Source: an uncultured Planctomycetota bacterium (GTDB taxonomy: Bacteria > Planctomycetota > Planctomycetia > Gemmatales > Gemmataceae). From it: a DNA stretch of 64,000 nt. Made by a program: the position numbers and the translations under genes. A model generated the notes under the pieces. The model was not told the DNA's origin. It ran no database searches and saw only the letters and a program-made list of their open reading frames with translations. The stretch spans positions 320,001-384,000 of the forward strand of contig CAWKHF010000006.1 in assembly GCA_963849325.1 (NCBI GenBank). Reading direction: 5' to 3'. This document shows positions 22,301 to 31,366 of the stretch, one piece after another; the stretch's first letter is position 1; each line of letters begins with the position of its first letter.

Positions 22301-25010
22301 GGTTGACGACGCGCTCCTCGCGGTCGCCGGCCTGGATCGTGTCGTAGATGGTCGGCGATTTCATGTTCAGGGCCAACTCCAGCAGCCAGGTGCCGTTGGC
22401 GCGGGCGGTGCCGTATTCGGAGGTCGCGCCGACCGATTGCTTGGCGGCGTAGTCGGCCTCCAGGCTCCAGACGGCATCTTTTTTCAGGTGGGCGACCGGG
22501 ACGGATGACGGCTCGACATGGAACAGTTCGGCCGCGAAGGCCTGGATGTCGCTCTCCGGTATCCAGGGAGCGCCGAGATTGGCGTCGATGTCGCCGGGCA
22601 GCACGTCCTCGGGCTGCACTTCCCGCAAGGCACGGACATTGCGGGCGTATGGCGGGCCGGCAACCTGGGCGGCGGCGAGCTTGGCCCGCACGTTGCCGGA
22701 CAGGTAGGCATCGGCGGTCTGCCAGGTTTTGCTTTCCGGGTCATGGTAGATCAAGTCGCCAAGCTCGGCGATCACCTGCTCCTCGGGCTTCCCATAGAGG
22801 GTGGCGATGAACGGCAGGTCCACCGCGCCTCGTTGGTTGAGGGAAACGAGCAAACCGTCCTCGGCGGTGCGGACATGGGTTATGGGCGGCTTCTTGCCCA
22901 CCACGTCCCGCACCATAATGGCGGCTTTGCTGGCCTTGCCCGTAACCTCGTCGTAATCCTCCAGCGACATGACCAGCATGGCATCGGGGTCTTCCTTGAA
23001 TTTCACGAGGTTGGGCATGCGGCGGATGAGGGTGCCGTCGGCGGTCTGGCCGAAGGTGGTCTTGTTGATCGGCCCGTAGTGGACGGCGAAGCGGTCATAG
23101 GCCCAATTGAGTTCGCGGCGTGCTTCCTCGCGGTTGGACTCGGGCCAGCCTTCGTTCTGCGATTGCAGGACGCGGCGGGCGCGGTCGCGCAGCTCCACGA
23201 GTGCCGCCAGGCGCTTGCCGGTCAGCGTGCCATTGGCTCGGAGCGTCGTGCCGCCATAGACGACGGAAACCCCCTGGCCGCCCTGGGACTGGTAAATGAC
23301 GCGGTCGTCGCCGACGAAGAAGCTGCCCTCACCGATATGCCGCTCCGGCGGCGGCGGGGTGAAGGAAGGGGCAGGTTTGTCCTCGATCCCCGATGGCTGG
23401 ATCGGGTCGAATTTCGGAAGGCGATCAATGGCTTGCCTGAGCTGACTGGCCAGTTCGCCATTACGAAGGACGCTGAACCCCTCGCCATAAAGGGTGTCTT
23501 TGCGGCTCCAGCTGCCAAGGACCATCTCGGGATGGTTCAGGAAGTAGCGGTTGACGGGAACCTCTGCGCCATCGATCTCCAGCGGGGCGATCCCCAGCCA
23601 ATCGGAATCAACATGATTGGCTGGCTCCCCAGGAGCCCGTTTGCGAAGAAACACGATGTCGGTCACCACGGCGGTTCCTTCCCGCTTGAACGCATCCGAT
23701 GGCAACCGGATCGCCCCCACGAAATCGGCCTTGGAGGCGAGATACTCGCGGATAGCGGCGTTCTGCTTATCCAGCGTGAAATGCGACGTGACCAGGGCCA
23801 GGACGCCGCCGGACTTCAAGGCGTCGATGGACTTGGCGAAGAAAAAGTCGTGCAGGGACAGCTTCTGACCGTGATAATCGAGCTTCAAGTCGGCAAAGGG
23901 CACGTTGCCGATCACCGCGTCGATGCGGTCCTCGGGCAGCTTGGTGTCGCGGAAATTCTCGATGCGGATGTCGTGTTCGGGGTGTAAGGCTCTGGCGATG
24001 CGCCCGGAAATCGAGTCCAGTTCGACCCCGATGAAGCGCATTCCTTCCTGGCCACGACTCATGAAATTGCCGATGCCGCAGCCGGGTTCCAGGATCGTGG
24101 CATTGGCCGTTACGCCTAATCGGCCGATAGCGTCAAAGATGCCGGCGATGACGGTGGGCGAGGTGTAAAAAGCGTTGAAAGTCGTGCGCTTGGCGCTGTC
24201 GTACTCGTCCGGCGTGAGCAGCGTCTTCAACTCTTCGCCGAGGGTCTGCCAGCCGGCATCCTTGGTGTGGCCGCTGACAGGATCGGGAAAGATCGACAGG
24301 GCCACCGGCCCGAAGCCGGCAAACCGGGCCAGCGTTTGTTTTTCCTCCGCTGTTGCAGATCGCTGTTGCTGCTCGATGGCCTTGAGGGTACGGATAGCAG
24401 CCAGGATGTCGCGGGCTTTGGCTTTTTCGCCGCTGGCGACAGGTGTGAGGGGAGAGGGATGTTGCGAATGGGAGGTGGTCGTGACCGGAGGGGATGCCTC
24501 CTGTGGTGCCCGTGGTTCCGGCTCAGTGGTGGCCGTGCTGGAAGGAAGGGAGTCAAACAGCGTCGGCTGGCGCCGTGACGCCCTTACCCGCGCGGCGTGC
24601 GACGGCGGAGAAACAGCATGGCCGCGTCGAGGAACAGCGCCTCGCTCTCGTTCGGCAAAGACGCGGAGGGCAAACGATCCTCCATTTCCTTGAGGGCCAA
24701 CTCCAGGGCTTCCGAAGAGACCTGGCTCGGGTCGCTGCCCGGCCTCAGCTGGGACAGCAGTTCCTTCCAGCCTTCGTGGCTGGTCTTCAGCTCCTTGGCG
24801 TAAAACTCCAGCGTCGTCAGGAGCTTGCGGTCCTTCCGCAGCTGCTCGTGCATCCGCGGCCGCTGTTGCAGGAGTTCGTGAATGATCGTCTTGTACTGCA
24901 TGGGAGTCTCCTTCGGTTTCTTGGGTTGCGTTGTCTTCGGACCCAGGGACATTGCCTGGGTCGGCGGGGAATAAGGAGCGTTGGCGCCAGTCCGGCGGTT
25001 TGCGTGCCAT
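19386..25010 (-). CDS. DarB-like N6-adenine methyltransferase / SNF2-type helicase fusion
   Basis: ILEPGCGIGNF and IGNVPF methylase motifs; AHAVGAGKT, IDEAH, ATGTPISN, GTGTNVQ and QREGRILRQGN helicase motifs. The true start may lie downstream of 25010. Confidence 0.9.
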   Translation of the reverse strand: MARKPPDWRQRSLFPADPGNVPGSEDNATQETEGDSHAVQDDHSRTPATAAADARAAAEGPQAPDDAGVLRQGAEDQPRRLEGTAVPAEAGQRPEPGLFGSPGVGPQGNGGSFALRVFAERERGAVPRRGHAVSPPSHAARVRASRRQPTLFDSLPSSTATTEPEPRAPQEASPPVTTTSHSQHPSPLTPVASGEKAKARDILAAIRTLKAIEQQQRSATAEEKQTLARFAGFGPVALSIFPDPVSGHTKDAGWQTLGEELKTLLTPDEYDSAKRTTFNAFYTSPTVIAGIFDAIGRLGVTANATILEPGCGIGNFMSRGQEGMRFIGVELDSISGRIARALHPEHDIRIENFRDTKLPEDRIDAVIGNVPFADLKLDYHGQKLSLHDFFFAKSIDALKSGGVLALVTSHFTLDKQNAAIREYLASKADFVGAIRLPSDAFKREGTAVVTDIVFLRKRAPGEPANHVDSDWLGIAPLEIDGAEVPVNRYFLNHPEMVLGSWSRKDTLYGEGFSVLRNGELASQLRQAIDRLPKFDPIQPSGIEDKPAPSFTPPPPERHIGEGSFFVGDDRVIYQSQGGQGVSVVYGGTTLRANGTLTGKRLAALVELRDRARRVLQSQNEGWPESNREEARRELNWAYDRFAVHYGPINKTTFGQTADGTLIRRMPNLVKFKEDPDAMLVMSLEDYDEVTGKASKAAIMVRDVVGKKPPITHVRTAEDGLLVSLNQRGAVDLPFIATLYGKPEEQVIAELGDLIYHDPESKTWQTADAYLSGNVRAKLAAAQVAGPPYARNVRALREVQPEDVLPGDIDANLGAPWIPESDIQAFAAELFHVEPSSVPVAHLKKDAVWSLEADYAAKQSVGATSEYGTARANGTWLLELALNMKSPTIYDTIQAGDREERVVNQEATMAAREKQKLIKERFRSWVFSDPGRTERLVRTYNDIYNNLRPRLFDGSHLDFPGMNQTIRLRPHQDDAVWRGMSSGNTLLAHAVGAGKTFTMTATGMKMKQAGLIKKPMYVVPNHLLEQFAREFMQLYPNARLLVAAKEDLTRERRKMLTAKIASGEWDGIIVTHSSFERIGMSRDYQEKFLTEQIAEYDELLREHAADRGANRNLIKTIEKQKAARAERLKDLLAEDKKDDGLVFDELGVDHIFIDEAHYFKNLETPTKMERVAGIQTGGSERAFDVYMKARYLDEQHPGHGVTFATGTPISNTMVEMYTMQRFLDPEGLQARGLEHFDAWAATFGEVIDTMEISPDGASLRPRSRFARFTNLPELQQMFRAFADVQTAEMLDLPRPSLEGGKPIVVACPMSEEQHALQQELVERYEQLRSQKVDPRVDNALNITTDGRKLATDARMLSPTAPDFPESKVNRLVENVASIWKKTAATRGTQMIFADMGVNPTPWGYSPYQDIIKKLIAHGIPREQIAAIGEAESDAKKQALFEKVRQGSVRVLIGSTQKMGTGTNVQKRLVALHHLDAPWKPAEVEQREGRILRQGNENEEVAIYRYVTEGSFDAYMWQALETKARFIAQVITGDNAARRAEDIGGQELSYAEVKAIASGNPAVLTLAEADAELQRLNLLNKNHLDEQYVARRSVRDLPSTIDSLHERLSKLTADEATATAHASDPITLGKRPWSREDAPSVLADQLDHLPRNVRDTTRVPLGTYRGLRFGLVLHPQFPPDVYLEGAITRQATLSREHQGPRAVLNALERLAGGYGSECVRVRQDLSIAESQLRDYQARLGKPFPHDQYLNELTELRDRLKVKLSATGHESGEERGPTTSALADRIKALKAANTIEATPQRARQKHSSAEEPVTARIRRRQEAHPVSDQAVETDGEWGAGEVLPGAAPEDSTGKPPMSFRERIALERQRQDQGPDLP
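24584..24901 (-). CDS. Small helical protein nested out of frame in the 5' part of the DarB-like ORF
   Basis: AAGGAG RBS followed by ATG; protein-like sequence MQYKTIIHELLQQRPRMHEQLRK...EALELALKEMEDRL. Confidence 0.7.
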   Translation of the reverse strand: MQYKTIIHELLQQRPRMHEQLRKDRKLLTTLEFYAKELKTSHEGWKELLSQLRPGSDPSQVSSEALELALKEMEDRLPSASLPNESEALFLDAAMLFLRRRTPRG

Positions 25011-25089
25011 CGTCAGGAGCCGCCAGCAAAACCCGGCTCCCGGCCCCTGGCCCGGCCAGCTGGTGGCGGCCCTGCCTCTGCCGGTGTCG

Positions 25090-25299
25090 TCATCGTGATC
25101 TGCCCAGGCCGGGATCGTGGCCGCGTGAACCGAAGGCGTCTTTACAGACCTGGCTCACCGCCACCCCGGCCATGACAATCATGGAACCGATGGCAACGTA
25201 CTGAAGAATCATGGCCATGCGGTCGTTGCCGCAATTGCGGGACATGGCCTGGGCTTGCGGGCTAAGCTCGTGCAGGGAATAGGTCGGCGGCACGGTCAT
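25090..25299 (-). CDS. Small membrane protein
   Basis: Hydrophobic segment MILQYVAIGSMIVMAGVAV; co-oriented within the operon. Confidence 0.55.
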   Translation of the reverse strand: MTVPPTYSLHELSPQAQAMSRNCGNDRMAMILQYVAIGSMIVMAGVAVSQVCKDAFGSRGHDPGLGRSR

Positions 25300-25314
25300 G
25301 GAGCAGCGGCCACC

Positions 25315-25758
25315 TTAGAAGGGCACTTCCTGGCTGGTATCGATGCCCTTCTGCTGGCGGACCATCTGACGGACCTCTTGATAGAGTCGTTCCGCCTCAA
25401 TGCGCGTGGTCATGGCCGAATCCGGTCGGAGGGGATGTACCCAGATTTTGTCCAGCGGGTTCCAGCGGTAGCCGGCCTCTTTGAGCGTGTCGATGACCTC
25501 CTGATTCGGCTTGTCCTGCAGGCGACCTTCGCCAAACTTGAGGGCCATCTGGCGGTCCTGCTTGCTCTCGAAGAGGCGGACGCCCGCCAGCGTATCGATG
25601 GCGATGAGGTAGGGATCGGGAGCGGAAAAACGTTGGCGTTGACCGACCCGTTCCGCGAAGCTCGGTTTGTCTGCACCGGCCTCGGCTGCCGGCGGCTCGG
25701 CGACGCCTGTAGCTGTTTCTGCTGGCAGTTCCTCATCGGGTGTGCGTTTACGTGACAT
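25315..25758 (-). CDS. Hypothetical protein with an SSB-like C-terminal tip (...SQEVPF)
   Basis: AGGAGG RBS; 'LKEAGYRWNPLDKIW' motif; ends in EVPF. Confidence 0.7.
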   Translation of the reverse strand: MSRKRTPDEELPAETATGVAEPPAAEAGADKPSFAERVGQRQRFSAPDPYLIAIDTLAGVRLFESKQDRQMALKFGEGRLQDKPNQEVIDTLKEAGYRWNPLDKIWVHPLRPDSAMTTRIEAERLYQEVRQMVRQQKGIDTSQEVPF

Positions 25759-26296
25759 GATGATCCTCCTTGTTGATGTGCGGGGCAATCCTTAAGCCCC
25801 ATTAACGATTTTAGCACAGTTGCAAACGCTCGCGCAAGAGGCTGGCTGCGGGTTTGCGCGTCTTGCCATGCACAAAATTGAGGGTTTCTGCTGCTGGCGA
25901 GGGGGTAGTACCTCTGCAATCGGCAGGAATGGGGGCTGCTGATGGCTTGTTTGTGGCGTCCTTGTGCGCCCGGAGCAGCCGCCGCCGCCCATCGCCCAAA
26001 CTTTTCCGTCCAGGGCCCCAGGACGGGGTCAGGGATGCCACGCCCTGGGGGGACGGAAAAGTTTCCAGGCGGCCCTTCGTGGAAAGCCATGGGGTGCTGC
26101 GTTCGGGTCTTTGGGAAGGCGATCTTGCATCCGGAAGGGCATGGACGCTGAAAACGCCCTGTCTGCTGGTTGGGGTTGCCTGAAGGATGTTTCACGCTTC
26201 CCGCCCCTGTTTGCGGCCGATTTAGGGCTATGCCGGCGTGAGGGGGCACCATTCTTATTCCTGAATGCCCCTGAACGCTCCACCATGCCTTCTGAC

Positions 26297-26635
26297 TTAT
26301 CCACAAGTCCGCAGCCAAAAGCTACAGGTAAGTAAGATATAGGTAACTATAATATAGGTTTGTGCGACCAACTTACCGTGGCGGAACCCGCAGTTTTCCG
26401 TCGGGGCCGCGACCAAGTTACCGTGGACCCCGCGACCAAGTTACCGTGGATAACTTTCCTTCCGCGCTACTTATCCACAGGAATAGTCACACAGGAGGAG
26501 CGCGACCAAGTTACCGTGGCTACGGCACGGGCGTTCAAGCGGTTACGGGGTTCTGCTGGATCGCCTTCTCCACCCCCATTCCTTGAGAAGCTGCGGCCTT
26601 TCGCCATGATTGCGAGCGCGACCAACTTACCGTGG
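26297..26635. promoter_or_regulatory. Plasmid-type replication origin: five 18-bp iterons, DnaA boxes and an AT-rich tract
   Basis: GCGACCAA(G/C)TTACCGTGG at 26364, 26409, 26432, 26502 and 26618. TTATCCACA at 26297 and 26471; inverted GTGGATAA at 26446. AT-rich stretch ~26325-26360. Lies directly downstream of repA. Confidence 0.85.
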
Positions 26636-26687
26636 TTCATTTGCTGTAATTCAAGGCGTTGGTGTTCCGGCCGCACGTAGGGCTTGG

Positions 26688-27603
26688 TCACAGCAACTTT
26701 GGAGCGGTGGGCTGGCGTGCGACAGGAGGCGGACTGTGCGATAAGGTCAGGCCGCCATCGTCGGCTGAGATACGGGCGGCTGGATAGGCCGAGGCGACAT
26801 GATGGAGGGTTTGCAGGAACCTGCGACGGAAGTCGCGGACGCGGGCGAATCCTTGCCCGAATTGTTCGTGAAGGGAACTCCACGCGACAAATTGCGGCTT
26901 TGTGGCGGGCACACGGTGAAGCCTTTGGGCAAGCCAAACGTAGATGTCGAGGGCCATGGACGACGAGGACAAAGCGGCCACCGCCCGGTGGTCCAGAGGG
27001 ACGGCGTGCTGGCCTAAGCTCTGGAAATACTCTTCGCTCAGGCGGACGGTGGACGGCCAAAGGACGCGCTGGTCGGCCTGCTTGGGGAACCACAGGTCGA
27101 AGGCGCTGACGAACTGGGTGTTGACCTGGACGGCCCTTCCCTCTTCCACCACGCCCATGCGGCACGGTCGCGGCGGCAAGGCGGGCGAGTTGGTCTTTGA
27201 GCGAGCGGAGTTGCTGCCCGTTGGTTTCGAGGCCAAGCGAGCGGGCGAATGCGGTCATGGATTCCTCGACATCGACGACCGGCGATCCGGTGCGGACGGC
27301 TTCGGTCGCCAGGTGGATGAGTACAAGTCTGGGCTTTTCGCCATAAGGCAACCCCAGCCTCTTGAAGTCGCCGGTGCTGGGGTCAATGGCGGAACCCGCC
27401 TCGATGCGGAGCGACGCCTTGCCCTGCCGGCGATCCCATTCGAGAACGCCCTCGCCGGGGTTTTTGTAAGGGATGCCACACTGACACTGGACCGCGTGGA
27501 GGAAATTGATCCTGTCTGGCGGCGCATTGCGGATCGCGGTTGACGTGTCGAGAAGCCGTTGCTGGTGTTTGGTGAGAGTCAGCCTCGCATAGTCCTTGGT
27601 CAT
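26688..27603 (-). CDS. repA: Plasmid replication initiator RepA (RepA_C-like); frameshift near 27165
   Basis: 'FLHAVQCQCGIPY...GLPYGEKPRLVL...LKDQLARL' then 'LWPSTVRLSEEYF..L..HAVPLD..A...L..SSMALDIYVWLAQRLH...W..L..QFG'; adjacent to iterons. Confidence 0.8.
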
Positions 27604-27617
27604 GCCCGTCTGCCCCG

Positions 27618-27974
27618 TCAGCTCAGATAGCCGTTTGCGCGGAGCCAGGGTTCCAGGGCTTCTTCGAGTATGTCCTGAAGCGTGTTGGGGGTCGTGCCGC
27701 TGAGTTGCCGTTCCAGTGACGCTCGTTTGAGGGCGGTTGCGTAGTCGGTGCGGATTCTCGTGGTCAGCGGCTGACGGCCGACGGCGTTGACCGCCTGCGC
27801 CTTCCCTTCCCGCGTCTCCGTTACCCGTGCTTGCGGCGGGTTAGAGTCGGGAGCTTTCGGCTTGCGGGCAAACACGAAATCGTCTTCGACGGCGGGATCG
27901 ACGTTGCTGGCCGCGTTGATGCCCGCCACGAGCGGCCTGCGTTCCTTCACAGTCTTTACACCCTTGGCTGTCAT
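27618..27974 (-). CDS. Small ParA partner, probable type Ib centromere-binding protein
   Basis: ATGA-coupled to parA; C-terminal 'PLTTRIRTDYATALKRASL...LQDILEEALEPWL' fits a ribbon-helix-helix-like pattern. Confidence 0.6.
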   Translation of the reverse strand: MTAKGVKTVKERRPLVAGINAASNVDPAVEDDFVFARKPKAPDSNPPQARVTETREGKAQAVNAVGRQPLTTRIRTDYATALKRASLERQLSGTTPNTLQDILEEALEPWLRANGYLS

Positions 27975-28645
27975 CCGGCGGCCTTCCTGCGGAAGCGAGA
28001 CGACGACTTGATCTTTGCGGCACTTGGCAGCACCTCGCGGAATAGTGTATCGACTTCCTCGGCGGCCTCTTTGCCCCGAGAGCCAAGTTGCCAAACGACA
28101 GCCCCCTGGCCGGGGGCATCGGCATAAATCTGTTTCAAGGTCAGCGCCGTTTCGGCAAGCGGTAACTCCAGCGCAGTGGCTGCGTCTTTCATATCCTGGG
28201 TAAGCCGGTACGTTTTGCCGACCATGCTCAGCACGATCACGGCCTGCGGCTGGCCTCCCCGGATGTCCTGGGCTTGTCGCAGAACACTGGTGGCCTGGGC
28301 CAGTGCCCGGACTTCCAACATGCTCGCCTTGCAGGGCACGATGGCAAGGTCCGCGCGCAAGAGCAACGCCCGGCTCGTCTCGGTGTTGCTCCCCGGACCG
28401 TCGGCGACAACGAACTCGGTCTGCTGGGCCAGGATCGGCAGGCGGTCGAGGATTTCATCGGGGTCGGCGAGTCGCACGGCCCTCACCTCGGGAGCTGCTT
28501 CTTTAGCCCACTCGGATGAGGATTGCTGCGTGTCGCAGTCGGCGAGCGTGACGCTGTGCCCCTGCTGCTGTAGCCAGGCGGCGAGATGGACGGCGATGGT
28601 CGATTTTCCGACTCCGCCTTTGGAATTGGCAATGACGATAATCAT
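27971..28645 (-). CDS. parA: ParA-family Walker-type partition ATPase
   Basis: NSKGGVGKST deviant Walker A; DCDTQ; short type Ib length. Confidence 0.9.
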   Translation of the reverse strand: MIIVIANSKGGVGKSTIAVHLAAWLQQQGHSVTLADCDTQQSSSEWAKEAAPEVRAVRLADPDEILDRLPILAQQTEFVVADGPGSNTETSRALLLRADLAIVPCKASMLEVRALAQATSVLRQAQDIRGGQPQAVIVLSMVGKTYRLTQDMKDAATALELPLAETALTLKQIYADAPGQGAVVWQLGSRGKEAAEEVDTLFREVLPSAAKIKSSSRFRRKAAG

Positions 28646-28659
28646 GGGCCGGACCATAC

Positions 28660-28870
28660 AACGTTGCTTTCATGCTGGCAAGCAATATGTGCGTCAGGCT
28701 GGCGAGATGGCGTGAAAGCAAGATGGGTGGACGGCCAGCTTGCAAGCCTACCGTCATGATCGCAAGCCATACAGCTTTCATGCTGGCAGGACGGCCAGCC
28801 GGAAAGAAAGCGGGCTGTCACGACACACGGCCAGCAAGCAAGCATGACAGCAAGCTGGCTAGTCAGGCGG
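28660..28870. repeat. Cluster of short repeats upstream of parA (candidate centromere/operator)
   Basis: GCTTTCATGCTGGCA at 28666 and 28774; ACGGCCAGC three times; several GCAAGC. Confidence 0.55.
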
Positions 28871-29359
28871 CTGACCGCTGGAACGGTTCCATTCTGCCTA
28901 TGCCGTGCATAGGGAAGACGCCTGTCAACCTGGATTGCATTGTGAGGACGGCAAAAGTGCCCGGTTGCCACGTCCGGGAAACGTGGGTTTCTGCTGGTTC
29001 GTGGGAGGCCGGGGCGTGCCGGTGGCGGCATGGGGTGGCGGGGTGCGCCGATCCCGGCAGCTTGCTCGCGGAGCTGTCGGGAAAGCCCCCGCCCGCCAAG
29101 GGCGGTGGTCGCGTTTGTCAGGGGGGGACGATGCAGCCGAACGCCGGCGACCGCCGGCGTTCGGAACCTTGATGCTCAGCGAACTCGCGGTAGGCGACAT
29201 TCGTGGGGGCGGCTGGGGCCGGTTGGAGCCAGAGGAGGCTCATGGGGAGGCCGCGGAGGAGAGGTAGCCAATGGAGCCGGGACGGGCTGTCCCGGTCGGT
29301 TTCGGGGTGATGATCCGGAGCGGGTAGGAGGCCGGGCGGTCAAGCCCGGCCTGCTTTGG

Positions 29360-29860
29360 TTAGAACCGGATTTCGTCCGGCGTTGGTGGCTCGCAAGGCT
29401 TCTTGGTCCGACGCCGTTTCGGCTTCTGCTGGCCCGACGCCGGGAACAGCTCCTCAGCGGTACGCAGGATGGTGTTTCGGGTGATGCCGTGGTCTGCGTC
29501 ATGGTGATGATCGACCCGTTGCAGGACCTCCCATGCCTGATCGGCGGTCAGGTCGGGGCGTAGTTCCTGCACGTCCTCGATGCCCCAGATGGCCGCGATC
29601 TGCTTGTCGTGATGAAGGGTCCAGTGCGGGTAAGGGGGCAGCACCCAGCCGCCGCCCTGCAGGTTGAGGGCGGCAACCAGCATCCGGGCCTTGGCCTCGG
29701 CTATGGCCGCTTCGTCGGTGTCCGGCTCATCCCAGAAGTGGAGCTGAAGGATGCACTGGCCGTCCGCATCCTCGATGAGGAAGGTGTTGTCGCAGCCGTC
29801 GCTACTGCGGTGGTAGCTGTAGCGGTCTGTCGTCGGGTTGGTGTCCTGGTTATTCGGCAT
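29360..29860 (-). CDS. Hypothetical protein
   Basis: Overlaps the stop of the upstream ORF; 'IAAIWGIEDVQELRPDLTADQAWEVL...HHDADHGIT' is protein-like. Confidence 0.65.
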   Translation of the reverse strand: MPNNQDTNPTTDRYSYHRSSDGCDNTFLIEDADGQCILQLHFWDEPDTDEAAIAEAKARMLVAALNLQGGGWVLPPYPHWTLHHDKQIAAIWGIEDVQELRPDLTADQAWEVLQRVDHHHDADHGITRNTILRTAEELFPASGQQKPKRRRTKKPCEPPTPDEIRF

Positions 29861-30023
29861 AGGCTGCCTCCAGGCCGAAGAGCTGTTCTGCTTCGTAGCC
29901 GACCGGCAGGCCGTCTTCATCGAAGCGGAGCGGTGTGGTCTGAATCAGGTCGCGGATTTCGTTGGGGTCCCAGGCATAGGGGTCCAGGTCTTCGTAGAGC
30001 GGGATGTCGAGGGGATGGGTCAT
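29850..30023 (-). CDS. Very acidic 57-aa protein
   Basis: Below the ORF-track size cut-off: MTHPLDIPLYEDLDPYAWDPNEIRDLIQTTPLRFDEDGLPVGYEAEQLFGLEAAYAE. AAGGAG RBS upstream. Confidence 0.6.
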   Translation of the reverse strand: MTHPLDIPLYEDLDPYAWDPNEIRDLIQTTPLRFDEDGLPVGYEAEQLFGLEAAYAE

Positions 30024-30050
30024 GTGCGGTCTCCTTCCTAAAGTTGCAGG

Positions 30051-30216
30051 CCGCCCCGTGCGGCCTTTCCGGGGTCGGTCCCAAGCCGCCCCAGGGCGGA
30101 GGCGCAGCGCACGTGCAAGCGAAAGGCCGAAGGCTTCCGCGCAGCGGAAAGCGGCCTTGGCAGCTTGCAGGCTCCGGCGGGCGGCTTACGACCCTGGAGG
30201 GAAAGGCGGCGGGCGG
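30051..30216. promoter_or_regulatory. Long nested hairpin element, copy 1
   Basis: Nested inverted pairs CCGCCC/GGGCGG, GCCTTTCC/GGAAAGGC, AAGCCGC/GCGGCTT and GCAAGC/GCTTGC; homologous to 36225-36393. Confidence 0.6.
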
Positions 30217-30386
30217 TGTGTGACGAGACGGGCAAGGGATCGCGGGTGAGTCGGACCTGGCAGCCGGATCAGCGAGAAACCGTGCCAAGCCGAGGGGCGA
30301 GAAGGAGGGCGCCCGTGGTCCGGCCATGAGAGCGAAGGCGACGGGGGCGTCCGGGACGATAGGCGGGCTTCGTCAGCGGGTGGAGA

Positions 30387-31244
30387 TCAGACGCCGCACA
30401 TGCCGTCGCACTCCCCGGCGGTCATCGGGTCCACGGCTTCGGGAGCCAGAGTGTCGAAGTCGATGGCGAGCAACGGGAGACAGGAGCGGTGCAGATAGAG
30501 CTTCTGGTCCATGCCGCGATTGACTACGTTGCCCTCTTGCCGGAGGGCCTCGTCGATGGCGACGGCCCGTGCCCAGCCGGTCGGGTCGGATCGCCGCAGC
30601 TCCGCCCACTCCCGATTGGTATGGAAGGGACAGAACACGCAGGCGGAACGCGGGACGGGATGAGGCACGCGCTCGTGCAGCCAAGCCAAGCAATCCTGCC
30701 GCGTCCAGCCCATGTCCAGGAACGGGTAGACCGGCTTGGCCCAGGTCATCCCCTCGAAACGCCGCTTGGCACGGGCGGCTCTCCCGGCTTCATCTAGCGT
30801 GATGCCGAAATACTGGTGGACGAGGACGCCGCGCGGGATACGTTGCCGCGGTCGCAGGCCCAGCAAGTCCCGGCGGATGGCCCGCTCGATTACTTCCACT
30901 TTGTACTCCGCGGTGCATTGCCGGCGGACTCGTCCAGCCCGGAGTTCGCCGGGCGGTCGGGTGCGATGGTCGGGGGCGGTGAAGGCGGGGATGGAGGCGA
31001 AGCGGTGGCCCGTCGAGTTGCGGCCTTGCTGGAGATCGTCGCCCAGCCGCCCGGCGGTGCGGACCCAGATCGGCGGCTTGCCCAGGGAGAAGAGCCAAGC
31101 CAGGTGGCGGTAAACGGCGGCCGGTTCCTCCCCGGTATCGGCGAAGATGGCCACGTCGCAGGGGATGCGACCTTCGCGGGCCAAGAGGTAGAGGGCCGTG
31201 GATTGGACGCCGGCGCCGAGGTTGAGGACATGATATTCCGCCAT
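30387..31244 (-). CDS. PAPS-reductase-like / PP-loop adenine nucleotide alpha-hydrolase family protein, Cys-rich
   Basis: LNLGAGVQST, FADTGEE, RQCTAEYK, GITLDE, YPFLD, PRSACVFCPF and terminal ECDGMCGV. Confidence 0.7.
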   Translation of the reverse strand: MAEYHVLNLGAGVQSTALYLLAREGRIPCDVAIFADTGEEPAAVYRHLAWLFSLGKPPIWVRTAGRLGDDLQQGRNSTGHRFASIPAFTAPDHRTRPPGELRAGRVRRQCTAEYKVEVIERAIRRDLLGLRPRQRIPRGVLVHQYFGITLDEAGRAARAKRRFEGMTWAKPVYPFLDMGWTRQDCLAWLHERVPHPVPRSACVFCPFHTNREWAELRRSDPTGWARAVAIDEALRQEGNVVNRGMDQKLYLHRSCLPLLAIDFDTLAPEAVDPMTAGECDGMCGV

Positions 31245-31366
31245 GTAGGTCCGTAGCTGTTGCGATATGACCCGACAGGAATAGCATGCCGGTGCTGGCG
31301 TGGCAACCGGGTTGATGCGGGCGGCAGGATCAGTTTCCGGCTCCATTGCGGAGTAGTCCCGCCCGA

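Noticed and set aside
19386-25010. Methylase-helicase as a restriction or defence system
   Set aside because: No nuclease domain was recognised; the architecture and context match the DarB-like proteins common on conjugative elements.
26364-26635. 18-bp repeats as a CRISPR array
   Set aside because: The repeats are too short and irregularly spaced, there are no cas genes, and they sit next to repA and DnaA boxes, so iterons fit better.
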